Shown here: positions 1 through 13,743 of the stretch, one piece after another
Layout: each line of letters opens with the position of its first letter
How positions within the stretch are numbered: position 1 is the stretch's first letter
Origin: Klebsormidium nitens
Taxonomy: Eukaryota > Plantae > Klebsormidiophyceae
DNA: 64,000 nt
Assembly: GCA_000708835.1 (NCBI GenBank)
Contig: DF237054.1
Span: 62,001-126,000 of the forward strand
Reading direction: 5' to 3'
Notes under the pieces: generated by a model
Told to the model about the DNA's origin: nothing
The model's database searches: none
The model's input: the letters and a program-made list of their open reading frames with translations, nothing else
Position numbers and translations under genes: made by a program

Positions 1-619
1 GATTTGGAGATTGCTTTCTTTTCGGAGTCGATGCCAACTGATACTTGAATTGTTAACACTCGGAGACTATGAAAGCATGAAGATTGAAGGACGCCCTCCT
101 TTCGCTGGACCCTGAAAGCCAACGCCCAAACGCTACAGCCACTCCTGTGACGGGGCTATTGTGACAGAATAATCTTTAACATTGCAGCTGATTGTCGGAA
201 TGACAAAAGACTTTTGAAGTCCCTACTCTTCAGAGCGATGCATCCGTGCGCAAATCTTCTGAAAACCGGTTGTGAAGAGGCCCTGTCAGGAAGCTTCCTG
301 CTGTTCATTGCTTCAGGGCTCGGAGACAATGGATCTTGTGGTTGAAACAAGATCAAATGAGATGCAAATGGATGCCAGCCGAAAATGCTAAGGATGTCAA
401 GCAACATTTGAGGCACCGTATCAAGCGACTCTTCAGAGAAACACGCTGCTTAAATTATCTACGGCAGGCAGTCTTATGCAGTTGCAGCCTCCATAACTGC
501 GTCATCCTTGCTCCTTTGTTCAGCTATCAGGCTCTTGAGCCAATCTACTCATAGAAGACCAATGCGCCAAACAAACACCTCGATCATTATGGAGTTCTCC
601 AGAAGGCCTGTCCTCTCAC

Positions 620-1286
620 CTGAGGGGCAATGACGATGTATCCCTGAGATGCAGTGTAGTTCAGAAGCGTGGAGTACCAGCCCGTGAACAGACTGGTACC
701 GTGCTGCAACAGCAAGTAGCTAGCTGAGTTCTCTGGCCTTTGGTGGTGAAAGTATCCTGAGCCAAAGTATCCTGAGCCTCGCAGAAAACACTTGGGGAAC
801 CACAGCTTAAAGCACATTGCCCATAAAGGACCCTGAATATCAAGTTTGTCAGACTCCTATTTGATGGGAGATGTCACGCAGTCTGGGAGCCCCGCAGTCT
901 ACCAGATTTTGATAGAAGAGCTGTATTCTGCAGTTTGCCTCAGCCTTTCTCCAGAAAAACCTACTGACCCTGAACATGCTAACTGCAATGCTGTTCACTG
1001 GGCCATCTGATGAAGGACTGAGGGGACTAAGGTGCCATCGCGCAATGTCGCTCAAGCTCACCTGGAAAACCACGAGTGGATATGTCCCTTCTTCGATAGG
1101 CGCAGCGACTCTAAGAGTGATGTTCTGCTTCTGAGGATCCAGAACAGGGGTTAATTGTGTCTGCACCTGGATTGCCATCCCAGTGGCAGAAGAACCAATG
1201 TCTGTAGCAAAAGCATTCTGCAATGTAGCCAGTATCCCAAATGCTAGCAGAAAGCACGTTCCAGTGAGAAAAGCTCGACGTGCCAT
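620..1286 (-). CDS. CLH: Chlorophyllase-like alpha/beta hydrolase, 5' part (exons 1286-1062 and 703-620; continues beyond the left edge)
   Basis: Hydrophobic N-terminal leader, then PIEEGTYPLVVFQ|HGTSLFTGWYSTLLNYTASQGYIVIAPQ, matching the chlorophyllase PxxxGxYPxxxFxHG...YxxLLxHxASxGxIVxAPQ block. GT/AG borders are in frame. The catalytic GHSxG exon was not found in 1-619. Confidence 0.75.
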
Positions 1287-2158
1287 CTCCCTTGGAAATT
1301 CCCTCTTCTTGAGTGTCAGCAATGTTTGAGTCAATACAAGAAGCGAACAAGATCACCGCCAGCAAATCAGTTTAACGGTAGCACCCGCCAACTCAGTTCA
1401 ACTGACAATCCACCAGCTGCTACTGCCAGGCGTCAGCTCACTTGGATACCGCAACAAAGATCGCACCATCTTCAGTGTAGAAGCAACAAATATTAAATGG
1501 GTGTGTTGAGCTGCTACCATAGCTGCATAATGCAGCTCGCGAGAGATCCTCACATGGACGTTCACTTCCTTACCACAGCAGTGGTGGCACAAGCTAGCTA
1601 GCAGGTGGCAAGGGGTTTCCACAAACCTCGATCGCCCTGACTCTGAGCTGTCGACCGGCCCGGGCAACCCCTTGCTTGACGTTTCTAGACACGTTAGGGG
1701 TCGGCTGGACCTATAGCTGCGCAGAAACAGGCGCAAAGCTTGATGGTGACAATCGTTTTTAGAACCGGCACCAGCGGCATCCCTCTGGTTCTCCTCAAGG
1801 GAACCACCGAACTTCGAAGTCCTAACCCGGGTTTAGACCAGGTTCCAGAAGTTTCCCTGCGCAGGTTGCCAAGCAGCTCGAGGACTTCTGCCAGTGCAGG
1901 CAAGACACCCAGGCAAGAGTCGTAGTCAGGCGAGGGGTAAACTTGCCAAAGCAGGGCGCAGCATCGTGCATCCTTTGGAAGACAAGCGGACGCTGGATCT
2001 GCTGGAGCAGAGAGGGTCACAGGTAGCTTGAAGCTGATTCAACTTTGAAAGGTCTTGGGACTTTGGATCAACTGTCGTGAAGGGAGCAGCTGATTTGTGT
2101 TTGAACCCCGTCTTTGGAGGCACGGTCGCGAGGAAAAGCGGGCTTCCAAGAGCTGCAA

Positions 2159-4554
2159 ATGGCATCTGAGGTATGAAACACGAGGCTCTGGGCTTCCTTA
2201 GAGGTCTTCCTTATCAAAGTTGGTCCTGCGGACATGCTGATGTTGGGCAAATTGCAGAATGTTGGATGATCTAACATGGTCTGACCTTGAAGCTTTGGAG
2301 TGGAAAGCTCTGTATGGCACCAGCTCTCGGTGCTTTCGAGTGGTGCACTATGTAGAAGAAAGTCGAGGAAAGCATATAAAGGGGTCGACTCCACACTTGT
2401 ACAATTTTGCACTTTATTCCATGGGACTGCAGGAAGGTATTTACAGTTTCGATGGTCGTGATGACCACAGAATATAAGCTGATCATTGATTTTGGCCTTG
2501 TCCAGGAAGGAGAGCCGGTGCTCCTCCATGTCTATGACTTGAGTCAGGGCCTGGCTAGGCAGCTGTCTGGAGCACTCCTGGGGCAGATGTTGGAAGGAAT
2601 ATGGTAAGTCAGGTTGATGAATTACTGGCTGGAAGTTCTGCTGTTATATGATCACTTTTGTCCATCCTTTGTCTCTGTGCACCCTTCAACTTTCAATCAG
2701 ATGCACAGAAAAGAGAGCCAGGTATTTTGTTACTCACTCAAATCTACAGTGAAGCTGTACCCAAAACTATTTTGAGGAGCTGCATTGAAGTTGTAAGATT
2801 TACATTATCAATCTGTTTCCTGTTGCAAAGTTTCTGGTTATCATCAACCATCCGCACAAGCGTCGCACCTGTTTTTCCTGTCGTTTTGACAAAATCTCTC
2901 ATGACAGAGTTCTTTTGTGGACTGTCTCATGGTTGAGACACCTCCTGTGTACATGCAATGATTAACACCTTGCTCAGGATCGCTCAGATATCTGATCTGC
3001 AGTGCACCACCCGTCCATCGTTGATGAGCTGCTCCAAAAACTCTTAATTCAGGGATAAGTTGATTTTACAATAGGGCGACTCTCACAAAGAGCATACTCG
3101 TTGCAGGCACACTGGTGTGGTGGTATATGGGCGAGAGTACTTCTTTGGCGGAGGCATTCAAACAGGCCGCCCAGGGAGGACCCAGTACGGCAATCCAGTC
3201 AAAACAGTCCCCCTTGGAAGAACTGAAGTACCCCTCGAGCTGGTGGAAGACTTCCTGAACGAAATCAAGGACCGGTACAGCGTCTATGTGAGCATCCTTG
3301 CTTTTCTCTCCGTTTTTGTGTCAGAAAACTGTATGAACCAGCTCTGGTTGTAAGTTTGGCCAGCTTGCACGATCCCTGCCCTGTCTCGTTTGCTTTCCAA
3401 GGCTTCGTAAGCTGTTCTGCAATCGTATGTTGTTTTTGCTTGAACCTGACCTTCTGAGGCAAGAGTGCTTGCCCTAGCAGCCAGCCGCTTGACTGACTGT
3501 ACTGTTGGTTATTCACAGCTTCGTTTCGTACGCCTCGCTTCTTTGCGTCTTTTGTTACTTCTGATCTCTGGCCTATAACCGCCGAAAGCGTCCATATTCT
3601 TTCCTGGCCTCTGCTGACGCGGCGGTGTGCCCGCAGACGTATAACTTGATGCGCCACAACTGCAACCACTTCTCCAACGAGCTCAGCACCTTCCTGACCG
3701 GCACCGGCATCCCCTCCGACATCCTGGAGCTGCCGCAGCGTGTTCTCAGCTCCCCATTCGGGGCGATGCTCGCGCCCCTCATTGAGCAAATGGAGACCGG
3801 CATGCGCGGCAACCAAGTCCCGTCGCAAGCCCTCTTCAATGCACCCCCTCTCGACTTTGCGGCGGTCAGGCCCCCCCAGCCCAGCCCACAGGCTAACCCC
3901 TACGCTAACCCGCAGCCTAACCCTCTGCAGAACTCGTCAAACCCACTCCTAAACCCTGCTCAAACCCCAGTAAGGCCCGGGCTAAGTAGCGTCGGTGCAC
4001 CTTCGGCGGCTCGGACACCGAGTCTTTCCCGGCCACCTGCGAACCTTTCGCCCGTTGGCACCCCGGTTACGCCGCACCTGGCGAATCTGAGCCAAAATTT
4101 GCAAACCCCCGTCGCGCCAGCCAAGGCCGTCCCCTCGCCGGCGACCGCACAGGAGCTCCGGGCATCGAGGGATGTGCCAGCCTCGACAAATGGGGCGCCG
4201 GCGGGCGCGTCGCTGACAGGGCCTCGGGCGGCAGCAGCGGCAGCAGCCGAGGCGCGAGCAAAACTAGCGGCGGCGGGAAATTCGAACGGAAGAGCAGTTG
4301 CTGGTCCGGTTGCAAACGGGGGTGTGGGCGGAAGCACAGGGAGTGGAAAGAGTCTGAACGTGAGCAGGGAAGTCGTGCAAAAAGAGGTCAAAGCGGAGTT
4401 TGCGGAAGTGATGAAAGAGGGGAAGCTGACGCCGAATCAGGCGGCGGCGATTGCGCTTGCGCGGGTCATGGAACGGCATTCGCTTGAGTCACCTACGAAG
4501 AAGGGTGCACGGCTTGCAACGGAGGCGGCGGGGCCGGACAACGGGATGCATTAA
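2159..4554 (+). CDS. PPPDE/DeSI family desumoylating isopeptidase with long Pro/Ala-rich C-terminal tail (402 aa)
   Basis: Exons 2159-2170, 2506-2603, 3107-3287, 3637-4554 join in frame: [19 protein letters not shown]...[20 protein letters not shown]...[15 protein letters not shown]. Catalytic His (HTG) and Cys (NCN) are present. Confidence 0.93.
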
Positions 4555-5444
4555 AAGTTCTTCATGCGGGAAAGAAACATTCTTCAGAACAGAGCAAGCT
4601 GCGGGCTAGGCGCCTGCCCATGCTGCCGCTGGTCATTCCGTGCAAGCGCGGTCCCATTGTAAGCGAGCGCGGTCCCATTGTAAGCGATGCAGGAGCTGAT
4701 TGATATTAGTCCATGGCACATTGCCTGCAGTATTTACAAGGTGACATCAGAAGGAAAACATGCGCTCTGACCTAGCTCATACATACTTGTCTATCGAGCA
4801 CGCTGCGATTCAGGTCTTTACTTTGGTTTGTCAAGACGGTTCCTGTATTATGCCTGATGGCTGTTACGGTTGCATCACTGCATGGCCCGCTGGATCCAGC
4901 CTCTTCGCCATGTTGGTTTTGCTCAGCTCAAGTTGGTCGCACAATCGCCAGTTTGCTTGGCGCCTACATATGAAGGGTTATGTGCACAGGTTGAACCTCA
5001 TGTGGATCATCATGACGGTGCCGCCCAGAAGTGCAGTGAATCTCCTGCCTGCTTAGGCCACGGTGTAGAACATGCACGTCTACCAGTGGTACAACACTCT
5101 CTACTCTACATAGTGACACATGCAGATAATTTTCAAGCAATCACTAATGTCACCAGGCTAATGATCGGCCAGATCGACTCACATAAATCGAAGTGCTTAA
5201 TAATGTACAGACACTCATTGACATGACATGTGTATCGTCATACTGCAATCCTTCAATCATGCCGTGCACATACTTGAATGTTGTTAACAATTGGGGTCAC
5301 CGTCCCACAGAGCTCCTTGAAACTTCAATTGACATGGCAGCATGCAGCGAGAACAGAGAATTGCGGTGGTATCTTGATCCATCTCATTTCGCTTCTGAAG
5401 AATCAAGTTCGGACTCGTCAGCTCGATGTACTCCCACTTCGCTG

Positions 5445-8073
5445 CTATTCTGTCATTGGTGCAGGGCCGTTCGCACTGCTTGCGCTGTTCGCAACTGCCT
5501 TCTTGTTGAAAAGTACATCCTTGATCACCTGCGAAAAGACACGTGACGAGGCGTTCTTAAAATACAAGAACCAGGCACCTGTCTTGATCATAACAAGCAT
5601 GACATCCTCGAAGGCGCACTTCGATCGGATACGAGTGCACGTTGAGATCAGCTGAGCAGCTCTATGCCTAACAATCCAAGGTCGTAAAAGTCAGGATTCT
5701 GAGTCGCGGACAAAGGCTCTTAAGGCAACGACTGGTAATTGGCCGAGAAGAAAGAAGCTAGCCTTCTACAGAAACTTGAATGGCGAAAGAAAAGTGAATC
5801 TTCACCTGAGACATGAGGCCGTGCACTTGCTCCACCGTGATCTTCGAGCTGTCCTTTGCCACTTTTGACAATTGAGACTCCTCCTAAGAGAAACACAAGC
5901 AGTGGCAAACCTCAGATTAGACTCGGATCTGACATCCTCGTACTACGTGCATGCTCTTGATACTCTGTCTTCATCTGGACAGGACAGCAGACCGTCTCCA
6001 TCAGAATGGCGGCAGCAGCAAACTCAAGCAGATCTTGATTGCAACATGCTGCATGAACAGCTCAATAAGGCCCCAAAGCCTTGAAGATTATAACGACAGG
6101 TCAGCAACGTCGGCGCACCAACACAAGCGGGTGCGTGACAGGACACCAGTAGTCTTACCTCCTTCTTCTTCGCCGTCATCATGAGGAAGCCGCCTCCTAA
6201 TCGGTTTGAATGTGCTAGCTGAGTCTCTGCATGCTCCAATTTCTCAGCTGCAACAACAACGTAAACAAGGGAATTGGTTTACTGCAGGAAACGATTGCGA
6301 TTAACAAAAATTTCTGTCAAATGCACGAAGATATGGATTTAGAAGGTGGCCACTTGTACTTAGCCTAACAAACAGAACGCTGGCCACAAGTGGTTGGAGC
6401 AACGGAAAAGGACGTCTGTTTGGTACACCGCCAACAGCGATACAAGTGAGTTACAGGATGTGCCATGGATTTGTGCTTCTCCTCAGAAGTCCATCTTATA
6501 AGGAGGTCAGGAACCAACCTAGGTCGGAAATCTGTCCGGCGACGTAGTCCCGATTTCCCAGAAGAGGAGAGGAGGACAGCGTGTTGACCCAGTACTTGTT
6601 CCAAAGCAGGTCGAGGAGGTGGGAGTCGAGAGAGGACTTGAAGTAGGTGATGTCAAGAGGGTAATACTGCACCAAGAACGACATGAGGAGCAGTGAAGAT
6701 GATGAAACATACGTAAAAAGAGATGCAAAAAGATGACATGGGCAAGCAGAAACGCGATATTCATCTGAAGAAACGAACTAGAGACAGTCGGAGCTAGGAC
6801 CAAAGCGGACAAGACTACAAGATATGGAGCAACAACATCACAAGATTGCCCGAGTTCAGAAAGTTAACCCAAAATGCACACGAAACTCTGAAAAGCCCAG
6901 ATGAAGACCTATGATCGACTTCTATTGGTTGTTCACCAATGAGGCCACTTGTAAGCACAAGCTCAACTCAGATAAAATCAGAGGAGTTCACTGTCGTCCC
7001 AGTTAATCTTACCTGCTTGCAATGCACGCCAAAATCTTCGATCTTGTTCAAAGGGATTGTCTGGTACTCTGAAGCAGGTTCATCTGGGGGCTTGTAACCC
7101 TGGGGATATGTTCGGAATGCTCCAATCTCTACTTTCCCCGCTGACACTGTCCGTGTTGGGTCAATGACCACGGCCAGAAACGGTTCCTGATACTGCTGAT
7201 TGAGCATCTGCGTGGAGACATCAATCCCGGACAGCCAGCAGCCATAACCTGGATGGGAGTGGTACCAGCCGACGACATTCTCCAATCTTCCGACCTGCAG
7301 GTTGTTCAACACCAGATGTCCGGCAAAGTCGACTTGATTGGACACAAGTCTAGTTTTCTGTCTTTCTCCTTTCATTTCGTTGGTGTCTCATTTGACTCCC
7401 ATTTGCACCACCAGTTGCTGTCCGTGTGGCGCCAGATCGTTAAAGTTGGAAAGAGCGAAAGGCTTGGACTCATTGTCTGCTTCCTAGAATTTTACAGACT
7501 TTTGGAACAGTTCTGCATGATGGATTTCATTCAAAGATGGCTTTAATATCTTCATTCTTTTTCTGTGACACCGCATCAACTGATGCTTGGTACATGGTGG
7601 TGCATGCCAAAGATAGAGTTATGGAGGATTTTAGATTGATTTCAGAAGACGAACAATAAAGTTGACAAGTGATGATCCTTGAAACTTACCTGCTTGTTTG
7701 CTTGGGCATACTCCACCATGTACTCGTAAGCGTCAGCCTGTGCATTGACTCTCGTCTCCGTTCCTTCAACCGGAAGCGCAAAGGCATCCATCACAATCAT
7801 TGTGTCTCCGTCTGTTTTGCCCTGCATGATCCCCATGATCTCAATTGTCCCACCCGATCGCGCGTGCACAGCCATTTTGAGAAGGGCGAGCGCCGAGATG
7901 CGCACTTTTTTGAAGAAGTGGGGGTCTTTTGTCCAGGGTTTTTGGGCCTGTGTCTGGCTGGCTTGCGCTTCATCATATCTAAAGATCTTATCCGCCTCCA
8001 CCTCCTCAACATTATTCTCCAGCTCCCATGTCTGGCGCGCTACTGACGCAGACGTTGACGGCCCCGGATCCAT
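5445..8073 (-). CDS. CSN5: COP9 signalosome subunit 5 (JAMM metalloprotease, 354 aa)
   Basis: Exons 8073-7690, 7294-7013, 6666-6519, 6247-6159, 5883-5806, 5528-5445. Motifs: [75 protein letters not shown]. Confidence 0.97.
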
Positions 8074-8725
8074 GCTCACCGGCTTACCAAAATCAAATGG
8101 GCCTGCTGAATTGTCCTGCAAGCTGCTCGAAGCTTGTCCTTCCGCTCTGATTTTGAAGGTGACTTGAAGGCTCAGGAGTCAGCCTGCCATAATTAAGTGC
8201 TGATGAGTTTTTTGCCAGGTTCGCTTGTAACTTTGAATCCTGGCCATCCTAGTTACACCTTTGCCGCGCGCTTTTGCGCGTGCAACAAGATGGCCACTGC
8301 GAAGGTAGTGAGCGCTCAGCTGCAACCTTTCTCTGCCGTTCGACCTACTACTGCTTATCGGACGGTGCAAGTGTGATAGGTAGGACATAGGCAACGCAAG
8401 CCGTCCGTAGCATTCCATTGGCATCCATCCGGCTACGGTATACAGAGATCGTCGAACTTCGAAGCTTTCGCCGGGGTTAGCGTCCCTCTTGCACTTGCGG
8501 AAAGTTCGCACGGGCCGTTTGTGCTTAGAGGGCCGGGTTAACAGCTTGTACTGTGACTGGCCGTTACATCGTGTTCAGGTAGTCGAATGTTGCACGTCGA
8601 AAGCGAGACAGGCCTTTGGCACCTGAACTGGTTTCTATTTGAGAACCCTCCTCCAGTATGGCGCTTTCTAGACCAGAGACACGAGCTTCACAAAAACCAT
8701 GGGGTTAGGCCGTATAAAACTCCGG

Positions 8726-8734
8726 TTAGGGTTT
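8726..8734. promoter_or_regulatory. Telo-box (TTAGGGTTT) in the CSN5/GT31 divergent promoter
   Basis: Exact reverse complement of AAACCCTAA between the divergent starts at 8073 and 9189, with a TATA-like TATAAAA at 8713. Confidence 0.4.
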
Positions 8735-9188
8735 GTTTGAAGACCCAGTGAGCAGCACTACAAGCTACAGCCTGCGAGAAGGACGTCCTCTCCCGCATTC
8801 CCGCATTCCTGACATCAACAAGGCACCCTTCCTTCAACGATCCATTTATTGTTGCCATGGCAGAACACAAGTCTCCTCACATGCTCTTCCAAAATCATGC
8901 ACAAAGTTACCTGCAGTACTGACACGCAATCTGTGAGCAGTTCATTTCTCCCCCCTTGCCTAATATCAGACATTGAGAACAGTCTGGTCAGACGCCCGCA
9001 GCTGACGTGAACGGCACTGAGGTACGCCTCCGCAAGAAGCCTTGAGCTTTTCTTCCGAGGGTGCAGCGACAACTCCTCCCCTCCTTCTAGCAACAGGCGC
9101 TGCAGCGCTAAGAAAGCCACCAAGATTTCTTGTAAGCTAAACTTCAACCAACAAAAGCTGCCAGTACAAATAGAAAGTGAAGATAGCC

Positions 9189-12100
9189 ATGTTGGGACCA
9201 AAGCAGCTGGTTGAGTTCTTCAGCCGTCTCCTCCGCTGGAACCGCCCCCCCCAAAAGAAACAAATCTACAAGATCGCGTCTGATGACGACGACCTTGAAG
9301 CGCTCTGCACCTCCAGTCCTGAACTCAAACTTGACTGGCGAAAGAGTTCAAGAGCCAAGAACCGCGCCCTCCAAGCAGCGGAAACAGCAGGCAAGAAAGC
9401 AAATAGCTTATGCTGCCGGGGCTTCGGCACCTCCCTGCTTATATTTGCACTGTTGGTCTCGCTCCTCCTGTCCCTGACCTACATCGGGAAGCTACACAGC
9501 AGCCCAGGGTGCGCATCCGGCGCGGGCCAGGCTGCCTTCCAACTCGCCACCGCTTTCAAGACCACTCTAAGCACTACGCAGACACAGCTCCAGAAAGTGG
9601 CGACCTCCATCCTCGGACGGCCAGATGACCGGACGCTTCTAGTTGGAATTGTGACGCATTCGGACGCGATGGAGAAAAGGGCGATGCTGCGGGAGGTGTA
9701 TTCGCCGGTGGTGCCGCGAGGGGTGGACGTGGTGTTCGTGTTCCCAAGGCAGGAGGACGAGAAGATGGGGCTGCTGCTGGAGTTGGAGGCGCAGAAGTTT
9801 GGGGACATCGTGGTGTTGAATGACACAATGAGCGACGAGGATGGCCTTGCGTTTGCGGTGAGGGTTTCTGATAATCCAAGGGAAAGAGTAATCCATGCAG
9901 TCGACCTTCAGCCATAGAAGTATGTAGAGGCCTTGAGTACTTTTGACAATCCATATCAAGAAAGATCGTTTGAGCAGGGGCTGAAGGACTTGGCCAGGAG
10001 GGAGTGGCTGGGTTTTCAAGAGATATGTCAAGTTTGGTGCAAATTTGAGGAAAGAATCGAGTGAAGGCGAAGGCAGAAAGGTGGCAGGCGAAGGCAGAAA
10101 GGTGGCAGCTTTGACATGTGATAGACAGAAAGGTGACAGCTTTGATTGTGAAAGGGATGCTGCTAGCTGCAGGTGGTCTTCAATGGATCCATCCTGACCG
10201 CAAGGCACAAGGAAGTTTGTGGAGCAGTTATAACAGGGTTCAATGACAGGGTTCTGATTGATGTGGACAAAACGACGGTGGTGGTGTGGTGCATTGAATG
10301 ACTGTGCCCAGGCTTGCTTTAGGATTTGGCAAATCCCACTTGTGAATAGAGAAACTAGCTTTTCTCTGGAATGTCTGCCCTGCTTCAGCAGAGCTTGCAT
10401 TTGAAAGCCGTTTTCCTTTGCAACCATGTGGGAATTCCCAAATGCTGTCATAATGGAGAATTGTTATTTCCCACCTTTCACCTTGATTCCAAACATCCAC
10501 TCAATTAAAGCCAGGTCGGAAAAGACACATTGACACTATCTTGGCCTCACAACTTCTGCCAAAGTAGTAGGTTCCTCATGGTTGCGTTCCTCATACAGTG
10601 GTTCAAGGCGGCTGCTTTACGGGTTCCCAAGCTGATGGCGTCTCGAGCAAGGAGCCGAGTGCCGGTGGCATACAGCTTTGTCATGAAAGCCGAGGACGAC
10701 ACTTTCCTGCACCTGCCGAACCTCCTCACGGTAAGCCTTTCCGCTTCATTCTTATCCCCCCTGCCTTTTTCTTCTTTAGCTGCCCCAAGGCGATGGCAGG
10801 TTTCTGGTTGAGGACCCGTACTCTGATTGTGTGCTGTACCTAGGGTAAAGAACAGGCAAATGCGAAAAATTCCCTATACGAAACGAGGTCTTAAGTTCTG
10901 CCTTGCAAACAGCTTCCTTCTTCCTTGAGGATCATGCCCAAAAACAGTGGCCAATTTAAGCCCGCTCTGTTCGTCACCTGTTGGAAAGCAGCTCACCGCA
11001 CATACGCGGGTCTGCAGCCGCCTTGAACGAGACTCCGCGAAATTCACAGGGTTGTGTCGGGATTGCAACTGCAAAACTCAAGATTTGGAAGACAGATCTT
11101 GTTGAGAAAGCCTTACAATTCTCAGAGTTGCGGCTTGAACAAGGATTAATCCCAAAAGCTCATCTGCAAACTCAACTGACAAATTGCTCCCTCGGCTGGA
11201 GCTCTTCGATGCGTTATTGTCCTTCGAGTCTCACCCCTATTTCAGCGCCTCGCAGTATTTTCATTCGCTCCCCCGCAAGCCCTTCACCTACTGGGGCCGC
11301 TTCCTGGACGACGGGTCTGGCGCCGCGCGCTCGGCCTTTGTGGTTTCCTGGGACCTCGCTCAATGGATTGGCTACTCAGTGCCTGGGGTGCTGACCGCTG
11401 ACATGGGCAGCCCACGCATGAAGCACGTGCTCGAACTGCACGGGGGGGTCAACTGGTCGAGCGCCAAGCGCGAGGAGTGGTACGACACCCCGCTGTCTGG
11501 GACGGGTAAGCGTACCCGCCCCTAGTGTTTGTGGGCGCTTATCATCGAGCGCGGGATTGACCAGCTGCTTGGCTTGCGGCTCATGACCTGGAGTGTGTGG
11601 GTTCGTGTCCTTACCCCGGACAATCGGATGCAAGCGCGTCAGAGCAAACAATCTGTTGTTGAGAGTCGAAAAGTTCTGGCCATGTGAGGCTGTGGAGGCT
11701 GGGGCGATGATGCATGTCTAGGTGCTATAGGTCCAACCGTCTAAGGTGTCCTTCAGCCTCGCATGAGACGGCTTGTCAGGGATGGAACGTTAAGAGAGGC
11801 GCAGAACAGTGTATCGAGCTTGGGAGTAATCTCTCACGTAAGAAGGATTGGAAAAGCTTTCATCTTTGTCGGACGTGGCAGCAAATCCTTTGGCTCAGGT
11901 TTTGACAAGCCAGTGGAAACTTGACATGAAGGTCCAGTCAGAAGTTCACCTTCAGTATGCTGAATCGCGAACTCGGGCAGCAGCTTCAGGAAACTCCAAA
12001 CTTTTGATTTGGCCGGAAAGCACGAAGCGCTTGATTCGTAACCTTCTCTTGGGCGCCTTCGCTGTGAGCCCTTGTTGCCGCTGAAAACAGTGCTTGCATC

Positions 12101-12430
12101 GTCCAATCAACCAGCCTTCTGGCGGTCTGAAAGCTTGTTAGATCCTTTGTGCTCTGTGAGGACTCAAGTCAGAGACCGTGTCTGCTCCGGAACGAGCGTC
12201 CTTGGCACGAACCTGATATCCGTTTTACCACCAAACTTCCCGACGATGAGAGGAGATTTTAGTACAAAGCGGGATCCCAATTTCTTGCCACAGGTGGTTG
12301 GGCCCATGATTACACCAACCAGACGTTGGTTGTCCACGGTACGAACGAAACGTGGAAGCTGCTCGACGCGGCGCAGCACTTTTACGGGCCGCTCTATGAA
12401 GAGCAGCGCCTGAAGGGTCTGTCGAATTGA
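9189..12430 (+). CDS. GT31 family (beta-1,3-galactosyltransferase/pvg3-like) type II membrane glycosyltransferase (395 aa)
   Basis: Exons 9189-9857, 10599-10730, 11256-11505, 12294-12430. Features: TM segment TSLLIFALLVSLLLSLTYI, LLVGIVT...EKRAMLREVY, ELEAQKFGDIVVL, FVMKAEDDTFLHLPNL, VVSWDLAQWI, LVVHG. Confidence 0.85.
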
Positions 12431-13342
12431 TACCCCTAGAGGTTTGTTGTTAGCACGCAATTGCCATACGTATAGATCGCCAGATCCTCCATGACAGTCA
12501 AGGTTGATGATTGGGGTTGGCGACTTGCCGGGCCCGTAAGGTCGGTTAGACGAGTTGCACTTTAATCAGGATATAGATTCTGCAGCGAGTTGCATCTTGG
12601 AATTTTCTGCTAGCTAGGATGAGTGGCAAATGCATAGACCTAGTGATAGTTTGTAGCAGCTGTTAGCTGTGCTGGTTATTCTTGTTGTGCATGATTCGCT
12701 TAGAAGACCTGCTGACAATCTTGAGCGGGGGGCCATATTTTAGATTCCGCATATGATTGACTCTACGAATCCGATCAGTTTAGCTTGAGTCCATCTGACC
12801 GGGACTCGGCTCGATCAGCCATCGAAGCAGATCTGTTTGCACCGGCGCTGCCTCGCACATTGAATGCTAATGCATGGTGCGTCGCGCTTCGAAGTGCATG
12901 CAGAGTTCTCCAGTTCTCAAGGACACTGAGGAATATCAAGCGGCCCGACCTTGATAATCTGACCGCCCACGGATGCAGAGTCCAGCGTAGCCAAGTCTTG
13001 AGATACGGGTTGATTGAGTGGTCTTCTTATAAGAAGGTTATAAAGTGGCGGCTTCAAACCAAGTCATAGACACTATGGTGCATGTGTTGCGCTGGGCCGC
13101 TGGGCCGCAATGATACGCAAGTCTTCCGCCGAGGGTTTTCTGGATCACCTTCTACAAAGTATCGAACCTGTGTTCAACACATTCAACAGCATTGAACGCC
13201 GAAGTTAGCTAGTCTAAGAGGTCGAGCCGCACGTGCGCCCAATCCGAGCTGCTATGCAGATATGAATGGTCGGCAGTTGCTGCGCGGCCGCGATCTATAG
13301 TAGACCCGCGCGCGGCGGCTCGGTTCCCCATTGAAATCGCAT

Positions 13343-13695
13343 NNNNNNNNNNNNNNNNNNNNNNNNNNNNNNNNNNNNNNNNNNNNNNNNNNNNNNNNNN
13401 NNNNNNNNNNNNNNNNNNNNNNNNNNNNNNNNNNNNNNNNNNNNNNNNNNNNNNNNNNNNNNNNNNNNNNNNNNNNNNNNNNNNNNNNNNNNNNNNNNNN
13501 NNNNNNNNNNNNNNNNNNNNNNNNNNNNNNNNNNNNNNNNNNNNNNNNNNNNNNNNNNNNNNNNNNNNNNNNNNNNNNNNNNNNNNNNNNNNNNNNNNNN
13601 NNNNNNNNNNNNNNNNNNNNNNNNNNNNNNNNNNNNNNNNNNNNNNNNNNNNNNNNNNNNNNNNNNNNNNNNNNNNNNNNNNNNNNNNNNNNNNN
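13343..13695. other. Assembly gap (353 N)
   Basis: Run of N. Confidence 1.
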
Positions 13696-13743
13696 TACTA
13701 TTCCTAAAGCTTACTATTCCTAAAGCTTACTATTCCTAAAGCT
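13696..13743. repeat. 16-bp tandem repeat (TACTATTCCTAAAGCT) x3 abutting the gap
   Basis: Three exact copies begin at the first base after the Ns. Confidence 0.95.

Noticed and set aside
1926-2165. ORF containing DLSKL, reminiscent of chlorophyllase DLSKLAL
   Set aside because: It lies upstream of the chlorophyllase start, lacks GHS and overlaps the DeSI first exon in antisense. Coincidental.
9639-10451. 270-aa antisense ORF overlapping GT31 exon 1 and intron 1
   Set aside because: No recognisable motif. It is partly the shadow of a real exon and includes a 21-bp intronic repeat.
13331-13723. 130-aa ORF in the track
   Set aside because: Artefact of translating Ns.
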